Shown in pieces: positions 29,106 to 29,200 of a stretch of DNA of 29,200 nucleotides. Numbering within the stretch: the stretch's first letter is position 1; every line of letters begins with the position of its first letter. The stretch is from an uncultured Syntrophomonas sp. (GTDB lineage Bacteria; Bacillota; Syntrophomonadia; Syntrophomonadales; Syntrophomonadaceae). The stretch lies in NCBI GenBank assembly GCA_964510795.1, contig CAZEDT010000044.1:5076-34275 (forward strand), read 5' to 3'. A program made the translations under genes and the position numbers. The notes beneath the pieces are model-generated. The model was not told where the DNA came from, made no database searches, and was given only the letters and a program-made list of their open reading frames with translations.

Positions 29106-29185
29106 GGGTTGACAAGGGGACGGGGTTGTTGACACCCCAACCGGCATCATAGGGGGTGTCAACAACCCCGTCCCCTTGTCAACCC
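29106..29185. repeat. Perfect 33-bp inverted repeat (GGGTTGACAAGGGGACGGGGTTGTTGACACCCC and its exact reverse complement) separated by a 14-nt loop. Contains four TTGACA hexamers.
   Basis: Seen in sequence and checked base by base (29106-29138 against 29153-29185). Confidence 0.9.
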
Positions 29186-29200
29186 ACCCAGCTCTCAGAA

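Overview
This 29.2-kb window (about 42-45% GC) is almost entirely a conserved housekeeping block of a low-GC, spore-forming Firmicute. Gene order matches the Bacillus subtilis prfA-prmC-ywlC-ywlD-ywlE-rpiB-glyA / atp operon / murAA-spoIID-spoIIID-mbl-flhO/P region, and every gene is on the + strand except one convergent penicillin-binding-protein gene. Left to right the window holds a DUF1385 protein, RF1 (prfA), its methyltransferase (prmC), a Sua5/TsaC t6A enzyme, the MntP manganese exporter, a low-molecular-weight phosphatase, rpiB and glyA. A dCMP-deaminase + MazG-like pair sits where upp would be in B. subtilis. The complete F1Fo ATP synthase operon follows (atpZ-like, atpB, E, F, H, A, G, D, C, with no atpI). 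After it come two small membrane proteins, a YwmB-like protein, murA, spoIID, spoIIID, an MreB/Mbl paralog, one flagellar rod protein and a TagA/WecB glycosyltransferase. The accessory features worth a second look are listed here. (1) A 45-bp tandem repeat array with internal palindromes sits between the atpC terminator and two paralogous small membrane proteins. (2) A 711-aa FtsA-like actin-fold ATPase is fused to about six ThiS/MoaD-like repeats. (3) A 737-aa SPFH (flotillin-like) protein has its N-terminal sub-element amplified roughly five times. (4) At the 3' edge, a ~70% GC, hairpin-dense, apparently non-coding segment lies beside a perfect 33-bp inverted repeat carrying four TTGACA hexamers, and it runs into the window boundary. 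All calls rest on motifs read from the supplied translations; no database search was possible.
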